A stretch of DNA of 64,000 nt, from assembly GCA_963756195.1 (NCBI GenBank), contig CAVWMT010000006.1, positions 82,206-146,205 of the forward strand, read 5' to 3'. The notes under the pieces were generated by a model. It had not been told where the DNA came from, ran no database searches, and saw nothing but the letters and a program-made list of their open reading frames with translations. Both the position numbers and the translations under genes were made by a program. This DNA is from an uncultured Acidimicrobiaceae bacterium. Its GTDB lineage: Bacteria > Actinomycetota > Acidimicrobiia > Acidimicrobiales > RAAP-2. Shown one piece after another: positions 1 to 12,063 of this stretch (its first letter is position 1; the number at the start of each line of letters is the position of its first letter).

Positions 1-1073
1 AACGACCGCGGCTGGGGAAGCAGCACCATCGTGAGCCTGTTCGTGGGGTCCGGGGTGCTGATGGCCATGTTCTTGGTGGCCGAGTGGCGCCAGAACGACC
101 CCATGCTCGACCTCTCGCTGTTCAAGCGACCGGCGATGTCGGGGGTGTCGCTGGCCGCCTTCACCCTCTCGGCGTCCATCTTCGCCATGTTCCTGTACGT
201 CACGCTCTACCTCCAGGACGTCCTCGGGTACAGCCCGTTCGGCGCCGGGATCCGGTTCCTGCCCATCACCGTGCTCTCCTTCCTGCTCGCCCCCCTGGCC
301 GGCCGCCTGTCGGTGCGGGTCCAGTCGCGCTACCTGCTCGGTCTCGGCCTCCTGCTCGTCGCCCTCGGCTGCGACCTCATGACCAGGGTGCGGGCCGACT
401 CGACATGGACGGTGCTGTTGCCCGGGTTCATCGTCGCCGGTGTCGGCGTCGGCCTGACCAACCCCGTCCTGGCGTCCGCCACCGTCTCGGTGGTGCCGCC
501 CGAACGCAGCGGCATGGCCTCCGGCTCGTCGAGCACCTTCCGCCAAGTCGGGCATCGCCACCGGCATCGCCGGCCTCGGGGCCGTCTTCGTGAGCCAGAT
601 CGGGCCGGGCACCATCGACGCGCTGGCCACCACCTTTCCCGGCCTCCAGGTGCTCGCCCACGGCGGAGGCGTCAGGGCGGCTATCTCCCAAGGCGTCGTC
701 CGCCAGGCGGTCGGCGACCCTCCCGACGGCCGCCACCCGCCACGCACTGACCGGCGCCTACCAATCCGCCTTCGCCAACACCTTCAACCACCTCATGGCC
801 ATCTCCACGGTGGTGGCCGCCATCGGCGCGCTGGGCTCACTCGCGCTGGTGCGCCAACGGGACTTCGTGCCGAGCATCGATCCGCCCACCCCAGATCTGA
901 CTGGAGCGGACAGCGGGCCGGTGACGGGAGCACCTCCGCCGCTGGCTGCGGCGACGCGGCGGTCGCCGAACCACCTGAGTCGGCGGCATCCGGTCCCGCT
1001 CCCCCTGACCTCGACCACCGCTCGTCCCGACGCCATCTCGCCGCCGGCACCCGCTGCCCCCGATCTGCTCTGA
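1..1073 (+). pseudogene. MFS (DHA2/EmrB-QacA-like) transporter, C-terminal part; 5' end lies outside the window; frame broken twice
   Basis: ORF 31..750 reads MFS TM segments (LSLFKRPAMSGVSLAAFTLSASIFAMFLYVTLYLQDVLGYSP ... GVGVGLTNPVLASATVSVVPPERSGMASGSSSTFRQVG). The continuation IATGIAGLGAVFVSQIG is in the frame of ORF 590... The last TM (ALTGAYQSAFANTFNHLMAISTVVAAIGALGSLALV) is in the frame of ORF 795..1073. Shifts lie near 550 and 700-745. Confidence 0.75.
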
Positions 1074-1099
1074 CTGGCAATTCGGCCTGGCAATTCGGC
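1074..1099. repeat. Perfect 13-bp tandem duplication (ctggcaattcggc x2) immediately after the MFS stop codon
   Basis: Read directly: 1074-1086 is identical to 1087-1099. The TGA stop is at 1071-1073. Confidence 0.9.
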
Positions 1100-1238
1100 C
1101 GGAAATCCGAGAACCAGCCTGCCGGCGCCGGGTGAGATCTCATCCATTTTGTGGATATTGAGTCAGTTTCGATTTACAACGCACTGGGCTGGGTAATCGA
1201 GGAGGATAGGCAGCTCGGTCCTTCGGTGGACTCTCCGG

Positions 1239-2585
1239 TTGTTCTGTGGCGTCTTTGCCACATGCATCTTGATCCTCGTGACCAGGGGTGTGGCGTCGGC
1301 CACGTCCCTGCTCGGTTCGGCGGCCTCTACTCCCTCGACCAGCACCACGACCCTGGCGACCTCCGCGGCGAAGGCAGTGGTGGCCTCCGCATCCCCAGCG
1401 GCCAGCCCGGCCGCGGCCCCGGCGCCCGCGACCGCAACCACGGCAGACGCGGCGCAAGCCGCCACGTCCGCAGCAGTGGTTGGCCCGGAGCCAGTAGGTC
1501 CGAGCGCCCCGGTCGCTTCAACCACGGCGATCAGCCAGACAGCTCCGGTCGTCACCACGGCGACGCCGGTTACTCCGAAGGTCACCCCGGCTACAACGGT
1601 CGCCTCGGTCGCCTCAAAGATCACGTCGGTTCCGGCTGCCTCATCGGTCGCGCCGGTCACGATCAAGACCACGGCGATTGTTCCGACCCCTGCTGCAGCG
1701 ATTGCGTCGGTCGCCACCACGACCACGTCGGTCGGTGCGAAGGCGTCGTCGATCGGTCCCGTAGTCCCTTCGACGACAGCCTCAGTTACTCGACCAATTG
1801 CTAACGCGCCATCGAGCACAACGCCAATCGCCAGGGCAGCGACACCCGCTGTTGGGCCGGTCACCCCTGTCGTTGCTCACACCGCCGCTCCGGTCGCCGC
1901 GGTCGTGGCTCGGGTCACTGCTCCGGTCGCCCCTGTCGTTGCACAGGCCACCGCTCCGGTCGCAGCGGTCGTGGCTCGGGTCACTGCTCCAGTCGCCCCT
2001 GTCGTTGCTCACACCACCGCTCCGGTCGCCGCGGTCGTGGCTCGGGTCACTGCTCCGGTCGCCCCTGTCGTTGCTCACACCACAGCTCCAGTCGCCGCGG
2101 TCGTGGCTCGGGTGACTGCCCCGGTCGCCCCTGTCGTTGCTCACACCACCGCTCCGGTCGCCGCGGTCGTGGCTCGGGTCACTGCTCCGGTCGCCCCTGT
2201 CGTTGCTCACACCACCGCTCCGGTCGCCGCGGTCGTGGCTCGGGTGACCGCTCCGGTCGCCCCTGTCGTTGCTCAAGGCACCGCTCCGGTCGCCCCTGTC
2301 GTTGCTCAAGGCAGCGCTCCGGTCGCCGCGATTGTGGCTCGTGTCACCGCTCCCGTTGCTCCGGTGGTGGCTCGTGTCACTGCTCCGGTCGCCCCGGTTG
2401 TGACGCCGATTGCTCCCGTTTCGACCATCCCGGGTCGTACTCCAGTCCCCTCGGTGCCGGCCGACCATCCCGCCGATCGTCGTGCCGCCGATCATCCCGC
2501 CGATCGCCTCGGTACCCTCCGTGACGGTTGGTGCCCCGGAGACGGCCCCACCGATCTCTCCGGCCACAACCACCACCGTCCCTGA
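1239..2585 (+). CDS. Ala/Val/Thr/Pro-rich tandem-repeat protein, probably secreted or surface-associated; 3' end may continue in other frames to about 2700-3049
   Basis: 448-aa ORF with a TTG start and a hydrophobic N-terminus (FATCILILVTRGVASA). An S/T/A/P-rich region is followed by about 8 copies of a 22-aa unit (PVVAHTTAPVAAVVARVTAPVA). The wobble-sharing antisense frame is interrupted within the repeats, which favours the + strand. ORFs 2410..2946 and 2780..3049 keep a similar composition, so a frame shift near 2455 is possible. Confidence 0.5.
   Translation: MFCGVFATCILILVTRGVASATSLLGSAASTPSTSTTTLATSAAKAVVASASPAASPAAAPAPATATTADAAQAATSAAVVGPEPVGPSAPVASTTAISQTAPVVTTATPVTPKVTPATTVASVASKITSVPAASSVAPVTIKTTAIVPTPAAAIASVATTTTSVGAKASSIGPVVPSTTASVTRPIANAPSSTTPIARAATPAVGPVTPVVAHTAAPVAAVVARVTAPVAPVVAQATAPVAAVVARVTAPVAPVVAHTTAPVAAVVARVTAPVAPVVAHTTAPVAAVVARVTAPVAPVVAHTTAPVAAVVARVTAPVAPVVAHTTAPVAAVVARVTAPVAPVVAQGTAPVAPVVAQGSAPVAAIVARVTAPVAPVVARVTAPVAPVVTPIAPVSTIPGRTPVPSVPADHPADRRAADHPADRLGTLRDGWCPGDGPTDLSGHNHHRP
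1864..2400 (+). repeat. 66-bp (22-codon) tandem repeat array: about 6 near-perfect copies followed by degenerate 33-bp half units
   Basis: The unit cccctgtcgttgctcacaccaccgctccggtcgccgcggtcgtggctcgggtcactgctccggtcg recurs head to tail. Each unit is two related 33-bp halves (APVAAVVARVT / APVAPVVAHTT). Confidence 0.9.
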
Positions 2586-3322
2586 GCCCGTCGCTCCGGC
2601 TGGTTCCCAGGGCGGGTCTGCCTGGGCCGCGGTCACCCCGATCACCGCCCCGGTCGCCCTCGCGTCGGTGACGTCGGTGGTCGGCCGGGTCCTATTCGGC
2701 CCTGTCGGCCATCAGGTAGACCCGATCCGCTCCCTCGCTCGGCCGTTCCTTCGGGCGGTTCGGCGGTTCGGGCGGTGGGTTGACGAGTTCCCCTCGGTCC
2801 CCCGGGGTGCCACTTGGTGGCGGATGGCCGCTCCCCAGCCCCGCCCCGGTGCCCGGTCCGCCGGCGCCCGTCGAGTACCCGGTCGGCGGCTCGGCCAACA
2901 CACCCGGCCACGACGGCCAGGGCGCCTCTGGCGCCTATCTCGCTGAGCGGGCCGGCGGGCCCTTCGATCCCATCCTCTTTGGTCTCTTCGCCCTCGTGGA
3001 TGAGCCGGTTGTGGCTCGTCCCTCGGGCATCGTCGTTCCCCCCGGGTAGTCCCAGAGACGTTTCCTGCTGAACCCAGGGCCACCTGCCCCGGGTTCGGTC
3101 TCTAGGTCCCAACACCGTCTCCTCCCGCCTCGCGCCGGACAGGACGGTCCTCCCCTGGAGACCGGTGTGAACCCCACACCAGTGACGAGCTGCCACCTCG
3201 GCACTTGTCTCACCACGTCTCGAAAGGACATCCACGATGTTTTCCCTCTTTATGCCGCGCCTGGCCCGGGCCGGTGAGATGGCACTGACAGTTGGTGCCG
3301 TCCTACCGAATCGGGGCCGGTC

Positions 3323-5170
<1,848 letters not shown>

Positions 5171-5223
5171 CCCGTCTGCTCCGGTCCGTTCCCGATCGGG
5201 CCGGAGGGCCCAGCTGGAGCCGG

Positions 5224-5253
5224 GCCCCTGCCGAGACAACCCTCGGCAGGGGC
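5224..5253 (+). terminator. Stem-loop, likely intrinsic terminator of the 3323..5170 gene
   Basis: Perfect 12-bp stem gcccctgccgag / ctcggcaggggc with loop acaacc, followed by ctgcttc. Confidence 0.55.
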
Positions 5254-5460
5254 CTGCTTCGGCGGAGAGGTCCCACGACGTCGGTCACCGGTCGGACGAG
5301 TCGGCATAGCCGCGCCTCCACACCACTCCAGCTGCGCAGGCCGCCTCCGTCGGCGCCACGTCGCCGGCATTGTCACCTCTAAGGTGATCCGAGTACGACG
5401 CTCGGGAGGACAGCAGCATGAGAACCAGACTCACCGAGGTCACTTGGCATCGAACATCCG

Positions 5461-6390
5461 GTGATGCTGGCCGGCATGGGCGGCGTCTCCTACGCCGACC
5501 TGGTCGTCGCCGTCTCGGAGGCCGGGGGCTTCGGCTGCCTCGGCGCCTCCACCATGAGCAACGACCGCATGGTGGCCGAGATCGCCGAGGTGCGGAAGCG
5601 GACCGACAAGCCCTTCGGCGTCGACCTCCTCACGGCCATGCCCGGCGACCTGGTGGCCCAGGTCGAACAGGTCATCGAAGGGGGCGCGTCCGTCTTCGTC
5701 GCGGGCCTCGGCGTCCCTGCCGAGGCCGTCGACCTCTGCCACCGTCACGGTGTGCTCGTGGTCAACATGTGCGGCAAGGTCGCCCACGCCCGGCGAGCCC
5801 TCGACGCCGGCTGCGACATCGTCGTCGCCCAGGGCACCGAGGCGGGCGGCCATACCGGGCTGGTCGCCACCATGCCTCTGGTCCCCCAGATCGTCGACGC
5901 CGTCGGCGTAGACATCCCCGTGGTGGCGGCGGGCGGCATCGTCGACGGGCGGGGCCTGGCCGCGGCCCTGGCCCTCGGGGCCGACGGCGTCTGGATCGGC
6001 ACCCGCTTCATCGCCACCCCGGAGGCGCGGGGCGTTGCCGGCTACAAGGATGCGCTCGTCCGCACCCACGAGGACGGGACCACCATCAGCCGGGCCTTCT
6101 CGGGGAAGACCATGCGGGTGGTGCGCAACAACTACACCGAATACTTCGACGCCCATCCGGAGGAGCTCCAGCCCTTCCCGGCGCAGTTCGGCCGATCGAT
6201 GGGCGACGGGGCCTTCCACCTGGGGGGCGGCGGGGAGACCGACGGCGTGGACCCCGACGTCGAGTGCTACCCCTCCGGACAGGGGGTGGGCGCCATCGAC
6301 GACCTCGTGCCCGCCGGGACGCTCGTCATCCAGATCGTGGAGCAGGCCGAAGCGGTGTTGGCGGGACTGGTGGGCGCACTGGCGGGCTGA
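5461..6390 (+). CDS. Nitronate monooxygenase (NMO / 2-nitropropane dioxygenase family, FMN TIM barrel)
   Basis: Sequence reads MLAGMGGVSYADLVVAVSEAGGFG..., VAQGTEAGGH, AAGGIVDGRGLAAALALGADGVWIGTRF. The expected N-terminus MRTRLTEV + LGIEHPV is split between the frame of ATG 5418 and this frame. Either there is one indel near 5440 or the gene starts at GTG 5461. Confidence 0.85.
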   Translation: MMLAGMGGVSYADLVVAVSEAGGFGCLGASTMSNDRMVAEIAEVRKRTDKPFGVDLLTAMPGDLVAQVEQVIEGGASVFVAGLGVPAEAVDLCHRHGVLVVNMCGKVAHARRALDAGCDIVVAQGTEAGGHTGLVATMPLVPQIVDAVGVDIPVVAAGGIVDGRGLAAALALGADGVWIGTRFIATPEARGVAGYKDALVRTHEDGTTISRAFSGKTMRVVRNNYTEYFDAHPEELQPFPAQFGRSMGDGAFHLGGGGETDGVDPDVECYPSGQGVGAIDDLVPAGTLVIQIVEQAEAVLAGLVGALAG

Positions 6391-6450
6391 GTCGCTGAGT
6401 CGCTGGGTCGCCGAGTCGCCGAGTCGCCGAGCAAGCGATCGGGAAGCGGG

Positions 6451-7950
6451 TCAGGCCGGGTCCAGCACCGACCGGTCGCCTCGCCGCAGTCCGGCGATGA
6501 TGGCCCGGTAGGCGCCGGCAGAATCCGCGCCAGTGGCATCGGTGTCCATCCATTCGGTCCCGTGGCAGCCGCGGTGGCGGTCGATCGCCGTAGATCCCGA
6601 AGCGGGGCTCGTAGGAACCCCACTCGTAGTTGTCGACCAGCGACCAGTGCCAGTAGCCGGTCACGGGCACGCCCTGGTCGATGGCGGCCATGACGGCGGC
6701 GACATTGCACCGCAGGTACTGCGGCCGGTTCCAGCCGTCGAACCGGGCATAGGAGCGGCTGTTTCGCACCCGGTTGCACATGCCGTTCTCGACCACCCAC
6801 AAGGGCAGGCCCGGCGTCAGCGCAGTGCTGGATGCCGAGCCAGCGGCGGAGGGCGTCGGGGTCGGGTCGAGTCGTCCCACAGGGCCCGGGTGGGCAGACG
6901 GTTGCGCCCTCCGGGCGTGCGGTGGCCGGGCATCCGGAAGTGGTCGCCCGCCGTGGGCTGGTAGAAGTCGAGGCCGAGGGCGTCCAGCGTGCGCTCGTAG
7001 GGGCTGTCGTAGACGGCGTCGAGGACCCGCCTCGGGAAGGCGCCCGGATGGCGGGCCGACCGCCCGTACACCGAGCGCCAGGCGCTGAACCGCCGGGCCA
7101 GTCGCTCTCTCGAGGTTCCCGCCGGAAGCAGTGACTCGTGACGCGCACCGGCGCTCGTCGATCCAGTCGTCGACCTCCGCTGCGCTCGATGCCGAAGCTC
7201 CGGCAGAGGAGCAGGTCGGTGAGCAGGCGATCGCACTCGTAGATGCTCACGCAGCTGTTGTTGGTGGTGACGATGGCGTCGGCCTGCGAGGAATGGATCA
7301 CCTCGTAGGCGCCCACGTGCGCGGTGAGCAGGCTGTCCACGGCCATCTGCATGTCCTCGACGGCCGCCGTCCGGCCGGGAGGGAACATGCCGAGCAGCCA
7401 CGAGCCGAGGGCGAGGACGTTGATCTCGTTGATGGTCACCCAATGGCGGACCTCGTCGCCCAGCGTGTCGACGACGACGCCGACCCAGGCCGCGGAAACG
7501 CTCGGGAGCGTCGGGCCGCAGCCAGAAGTGCTCGCCCAGCCAGGCCGGGTGGGTGAAGTGGTGGAGGGTGACGAGCGGCGTCAGCTCGCGCTCGAGGCAG
7601 GCGTCGACGATGGCCGCGTAGCGGACGAGCGCCTCCTTGTCAGGAGAGCCGTCCTCGGGGAAGACCCGCGCCCACTCGACGCTGAAGCGGAAGCTGTCGC
7701 ACCCCAGCCCGGCGGCGCGGTCGAGCGCCTCTTCGGGGCGCTCCCAGAAGCCCACACCGATCCCCGAGGGCTCGACCCGCCCGACCTGCTCCCACGCCTG
7801 CCAGTTGTTGGCCGGCTGGCCGGGTCGGTTGTAGCCGCCCTCGACCTGGAATCCGGCGGTGCCCACGCCGAAGGAGAAGCCGGGCGGCAGCAGGCTCGAC
7901 TCGGCTTCCGGCGTCGGTGCGTCACCGAGTGTTCCGCCTTGGCTCGCCAC
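6451..7950 (-). pseudogene. GH1 beta-glucosidase, reading frame broken at least 4 times
   Basis: The N-terminus LPPGFSFGVGTAGFQVEGG and TLHHFTHPAW are in ORF 6817..8100. TINEINV (acid/base) is in ORF 6267..7439. VVENGM (nucleophile) and WSLVDNYEWGSYEPRFGIYG are in ORF 6326..6880. The tail IDRHRGCHGTEWMDTDA... is in another frame and ends at TGA 6451-6453. GTG 7950 is preceded by aggtggga. Confidence 0.85.
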
Positions 7951-8116
7951 CGTTCGTTCCCACCTTCCCGGTCCACGCCGACCAGCGCTCGTCGCCCCTC
8001 GAGGTGGATGCCGGAGCTCCACCTGCTCCGCTTTCTGCGCGGCCCGCTTCCGCCGTGGTCCGCCGGCACCGATGGTAGCTTGCCCGCGCGACGGGACCAC
8101 CCGTTACCGACCCGTG

Positions 8117-9686
8117 ATGGCGATCCGCGACGACTCCGACCGAATTCCCGTCGTCGTTGCGTCGGGCCAGTCACTCGAGCGGGACGAGCTCGTCACTCCC
8201 CTCGACCTCATGGTCCGGGCCGCCGAGGCGGCGTTGGCCGAGGCACCCGCCCTCCGGGACGCCGTCGAGCGTGTCTCGGTGGTGAACGTCCTCGGGCACG
8301 TGGGTCGGTCCCCGGCCTCCGAGCTGGCCGCCCGGCTGGGGATGAGCGGCCCCGGTCTGCGAGGTCTCGACCGTCGGCGGCAACACGCCCCAGTGGCTGG
8401 TCAACCGGGCGGCTTCGGCCATCGCCGCCGGCGATCTGTCGGCCACTCTCATCGTCGGTGCCGAGGCGTTGCGCTCGTCGCGGGCCCGACGGGCTGCCGG
8501 GGAGCGAGCGGGAACGGGCACCAGAGCCGGACCGGCCGGCCGACCCGGTGGTGGGCGACGACCGGCCGGGGCTGGGGCCGGCCGAGTTTGGCATCGGGCT
8601 GATGCTGCCGGTGCACATCTACCCGATGCTGGAGAGCGTGATCGCCGCCCGGGCCGGGCGCGACGCCCACGCCCACCGGCAGGCCATGGGCGCCCTGCTC
8701 GCCCCGTTCACCGAGGTGGCCGCCCGCCATCCCTATCGCCTGGTTCCCGGAACGACATAGCCCCGAGGCCATCGCCACCCCGTCGGCCGACAACCGGGTC
8801 GTGGCCGAGCCCTACACCAAGCGGATGGCCGCCTTCCTGGGGTCGGACCAGGGGGCGGCTCTGCTCGTCTGCTCGCTCGGCGCCGCCCGCCGGGCCGGAG
8901 TGGCCGACCGCGCCGTGTTCGTGTGGGCAGGGGCCGAAGCCACCGACGTGTTCTCCCCGACCGCCCGGCCGGATCCCGGGCGGTCCCCCGCCATCGCCGC
9001 CGCCGGCCGGGCGCTCTTCCGTGCCGCCACCGAGGCGGCCGGCACCAACGGGCGGCGTCGGCATCGACGACGTCGACCTCTTCGACCTCTACTCCTGCTT
9101 CCCTTCGGCCATCGAAGCGGCCGTCGAGGGGCTTGGCATCGATCCCGACCATCGATGCCTGACCGTGACCGGCGGCCTTCCCTACTTCGGCGGGCCGGGC
9201 AACAACTACACGACCCACGCCATCGCCACCCTCACCGACCGCCTGCGGGAAGGGGAAGGGCCAGGGGCGGGGGCGGGCGGTTGCCGCGCCTCGGGCTGGC
9301 CAACGGGCTCGGCTGGTTCATCACCAAGCACGCCCTCGGCCTCTACGGGGCCGAGCCACCTCCCGGCGGGTTCCGTCGCGGGGACACCGATCCTCGACCA
9401 GCAGGCCATCGACGCCTCCGCCGTCGAGGTGGCCCTCGAGGTGGACGAGGATCACGACCGCCACCGTGGTGGCCACCACGGTGGTGCGCGAGGGCGACGG
9501 ACGCCAGACGGCTTGGGCAAGCCGGTCGGAGCGCCAGTCATCGCCCGCCTGCCCGACGGCCGTCATCTGGCCTGCATCCCGGCCGACGACGAGGTGCTGG
9601 CGGCGATGGGCGACCGTGACGTCCCCGGGCTCGTCGGCACCGACCTCTTCGTCCAGCCGGGACCGCCGCGCTACCGTCTGCCCTGA
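8117..9686 (+). pseudogene. Thiolase-like protein (acetyl-CoA acetyltransferase / SCP-x-type thiolase family), frame broken at least 6 times
   Basis: Segments are scattered over three frames: MAIRDDSDRIPVVVASGQSLER, STVGGNTPQWLVNRAASAIAAGDLSATLIVGAEALRS, LMLPVHIYPMLESVIAARAG, VVAEPYTKRMAAFLGSDQGAALLVCS, DLFDLYSCFPSAIEAAVEGLGI, GGLPYFGGPGNNYTTHAIATL. Confidence 0.75.
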
Positions 9687-9739
9687 GCGCGGGGCCACCC
9701 GAGCTCGCCGTCCCGCACCGCAACCACCGGGAGCCCCGC

Positions 9740-10513
9740 ATGTCCGACGAAGTGACCCGCGAGCGCCGTGGCCAGGTCGAGATCCTGACCATCAACCGGC
9801 CCGAGGCGCGCAACGCCATCAACGGTGCCGTGTCCAAGGCGATGTCGGCGGCCCTCGACGAGCTGGCCACAGACGACAGCTGCCGAGTGGTGATCGTGAC
9901 CGGCGCCGGGGACAAGGCGTTCAGCGCCGGCATGGACCTCAAGGCCTTCGCCGCCGGCGAGGCGGCCGACATCATGGGCGCTTCGGGCGGGTTCGCCGGG
10001 CTCACCCAGCGGACCTTCGACAAGCCGATCATCGCCGCCGTCAACGGCCATGCCCTTGCCGGCGGGTGCGAGATCATGCTCGCCTGCGACCTCGTCGTTG
10101 CCGTCGACGACGCCACCTTCGGCATCCCCGAGGTCAAGCGTGGACTCATGGCCGGCGCCGGAGCGCTCATCCGGCTGCCCAAACGGATCCCGGCCGCCAT
10201 CGCCCTCGAGCTCGCCCTCACCGGCGAGGCCATCTCCGCCCAGCGCGCCTACGACATCGGCCTCGTCAACCGGGTCGTCCCTCGCCAGCGGCTCATGGAG
10301 GAGGCGGTCGCCCTCGGCGAGCTGATCGCCGACAACGCGCCGCTCGCCGTGCGGGCGTCGAAGCGGGTTATGAAGGTGGCCGGTGAGCTACCCGACGCCG
10401 AGGGCTGGTCCGTCAACAACTCGGCCTTCCCCGAGGTGTTCGGCTCGAAGGACGCCATGGAGGGCTCGGTCGCATTCGCCGAGAAGCGCAAGCCCAACTG
10501 GACGGGCGCCTGA
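9740..10513 (+). CDS. Enoyl-CoA hydratase/isomerase (crotonase family)
   Basis: Intact 257 aa: ILTINRPEARNAI, VIVTGAGDKAFSAGMDLK, KPIIAAVNGHALAGGCEIMLACDLVVA, FGIPEVKRGL. Confidence 0.92.
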   Translation: MSDEVTRERRGQVEILTINRPEARNAINGAVSKAMSAALDELATDDSCRVVIVTGAGDKAFSAGMDLKAFAAGEAADIMGASGGFAGLTQRTFDKPIIAAVNGHALAGGCEIMLACDLVVAVDDATFGIPEVKRGLMAGAGALIRLPKRIPAAIALELALTGEAISAQRAYDIGLVNRVVPRQRLMEEAVALGELIADNAPLAVRASKRVMKVAGELPDAEGWSVNNSAFPEVFGSKDAMEGSVAFAEKRKPNWTGA

Positions 10514-10915
10514 AGCCGGCCCGTCCGACGCTCGCTGGCCGGTGGCACCGCTACTCCCGTGCCGGCCGGGCGCCGAGCGCCTGGACCCAAGCGTGCTCGG
10601 GTGGGTGCCAAGGTCGGTGGCTGGTCGGCGGCGGCCGGGAGTCTCCGTCTTCTTGCACCGAGCGGCTCCCAGACGCGGGACGGGTGGACGGCCGTGCCAT
10701 TTGGGGCGGTGGGGCCGTCTCTGACCTCGGTCGCCGCCCTCCGTCTTCGGGCGGGACTTCCTGGCCTGGCTGACGCCCTCGGCAGGCGCCCTGGACGGCC
10801 GATTCCAGGCACCTTCTGCATTCCGTCATCTCATCCACTTCGGGCGTCGGCGACGAAGTGCTACACGGCGGGATGCCGGGGTCTAACCTGGGACCGCCGG
10901 TCGAAGGAGGTACCT

Positions 10916-11215
10916 GTGTCCATCTCTCCGCCTGCTGACATCTTCGGTGTCGACGGGGTCATCGTCCTCGTTGTGGTGGTCCTCGTCCTCTTCGGCTCCA
11001 CCCAGATCCCCAAGCTGGCACGCTCCTTGGGCTCGGCCCAGAAGGAGTTCAAGAAGGGTCTCGAGGAGGGGGGCGCCGAGGACAAGGCGAACGACTCGCT
11101 GGCCCAAGCCACACCCCCGCCGGCGGTGAGCTCTCCCGCGCCCTCGGCCGTGAACCCACCTCCTCAGCCGTCGGCCATCCAGCCCGGCGACGCCACGCCG
11201 AACAGCTCGTCCTGA
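10916..11215 (+). CDS. tatA: Twin-arginine translocase subunit TatA/E
   Basis: GTG start 5 nt after gaaggagg. Single TM (GVIVLVVVVLVLFGSTQIPKLARSLGSAQKEFKKG), then an acidic/Pro-rich tail. No tatC is adjacent. Confidence 0.85.
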   Translation: MSISPPADIFGVDGVIVLVVVVLVLFGSTQIPKLARSLGSAQKEFKKGLEEGGAEDKANDSLAQATPPPAVSSPAPSAVNPPPQPSAIQPGDATPNSSS

Positions 11216-11301
11216 GCGCTCCAGGGGTCTGAGCCGGGCGGAGGGCATCGTGGCTTCCGCGCCATCCCGCCACCGGGACGGGCGCCGAGCGGCGCGCATC
11301 A

Positions 11302-12063
11302 TTGGTGCGCCGGCTCCCCTTCTGGGGCCTGCAGTCGGCCGAGCTCGCCATCGCCCTGATCCTGGTCGACGTCTCGGTGCACATTTCCCACGCCGGACTC
11401 CTCGTCGCCGCGGCGGCCGCCCTCGGCATCCTGGCCCTGTCGGCCCGCGGCCCGCTCGGACTCCTCAGGGTGTGCAGCCAGCGGACGCATGTCGTCCTCT
11501 GCGTCCCGGTGGCCGGGCTGGTCCTCGTCGCCCCGATCCTGCCCGCGCTGCGGCCTGGTACCGGCGGCATCGTCGTCGTGGTCGTGGCCATGCTCGCCCT
11601 CCTGCGGCTCGCCACCATCACCCGGACGGATCCCCGCCCGCGTCAGCAAGACCACGGGGGGCGCATGGCCGGGGCGGGTCATCGATGCCTCGGCCACGCG
11701 TCTCGGCGGCAGGCGTTCCCACCGATCCCACCGATCCCACCGATCCCGGTGAACACGACCGACCCACCGGCGGTGCCGCGTCCAGGGCCGGACGTGACGT
11801 CGGATCCGCTCCGACGCCGAGGAGCGGCCGGCTCGACCTCCGACCTCCTGGCACGGCTGGCCGGTGAGGCGTCGGCAACCGGGAAGAAGGCGGCGCGGCA
11901 GCACCGGCCGGCCGTCGAGGCCGAGCGCCAGGCGGGGCATCCGCTCGCTCGGCCGGGCGGTGGGCCGGATAACGTCGGCCACTCCGCCGCGGCAGACGCC
12001 ACCCAGCCGGACGGACGAGACCACCGGCTGACGAGACCACCGGCTGACGAGGCCACCGGCTGA
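11302..12063 (+). CDS. Hypothetical membrane protein (about 4 TM at the N-terminus, basic/Pro-rich tail)
   Basis: 253-aa ORF with hydrophobic segments (LAIALILVDVSVHISHAGLLVAAAAALGILAL; VVLCVPVAGLVLVAPILPAL; IVVVVVAMLALLRL). An in-frame 9-bp x3 repeat lies at 11718-11744 (PIPPIPPIP). I recognised no family. Confidence 0.45.
   Translation: MVRRLPFWGLQSAELAIALILVDVSVHISHAGLLVAAAAALGILALSARGPLGLLRVCSQRTHVVLCVPVAGLVLVAPILPALRPGTGGIVVVVVAMLALLRLATITRTDPRPRQQDHGGRMAGAGHRCLGHASRRQAFPPIPPIPPIPVNTTDPPAVPRPGPDVTSDPLRRRGAAGSTSDLLARLAGEASATGKKAARQHRPAVEAERQAGHPLARPGGGPDNVGHSAAADATQPDGRDHRLTRPPADEATG

Noticed and set aside
1864-2400. CRISPR-like regular repeats.
   Set aside because: The units are contiguous with no spacers. 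They are 66 bp long, in frame, and inside a long ORF. No cas genes are present in the window.
2900-3049. Sortase-type sorting signal (YLAERAGG followed by PILFGLFALV) at the end of ORF 2780..3049.
   Set aside because: The motif is not LPxTG or LAxTG. The hydrophobic stretch is only about 9 residues and no basic tail follows. The linkage of this ORF to the repeat protein is itself hypothetical.
5373-5387. Palindrome tcacct-cta-aggtga upstream of the nitronate monooxygenase gene, as a possible operator.
   Set aside because: The arms are only 6 bp, there is a single occurrence, and no regulator gene is adjacent. This is too weak to call.
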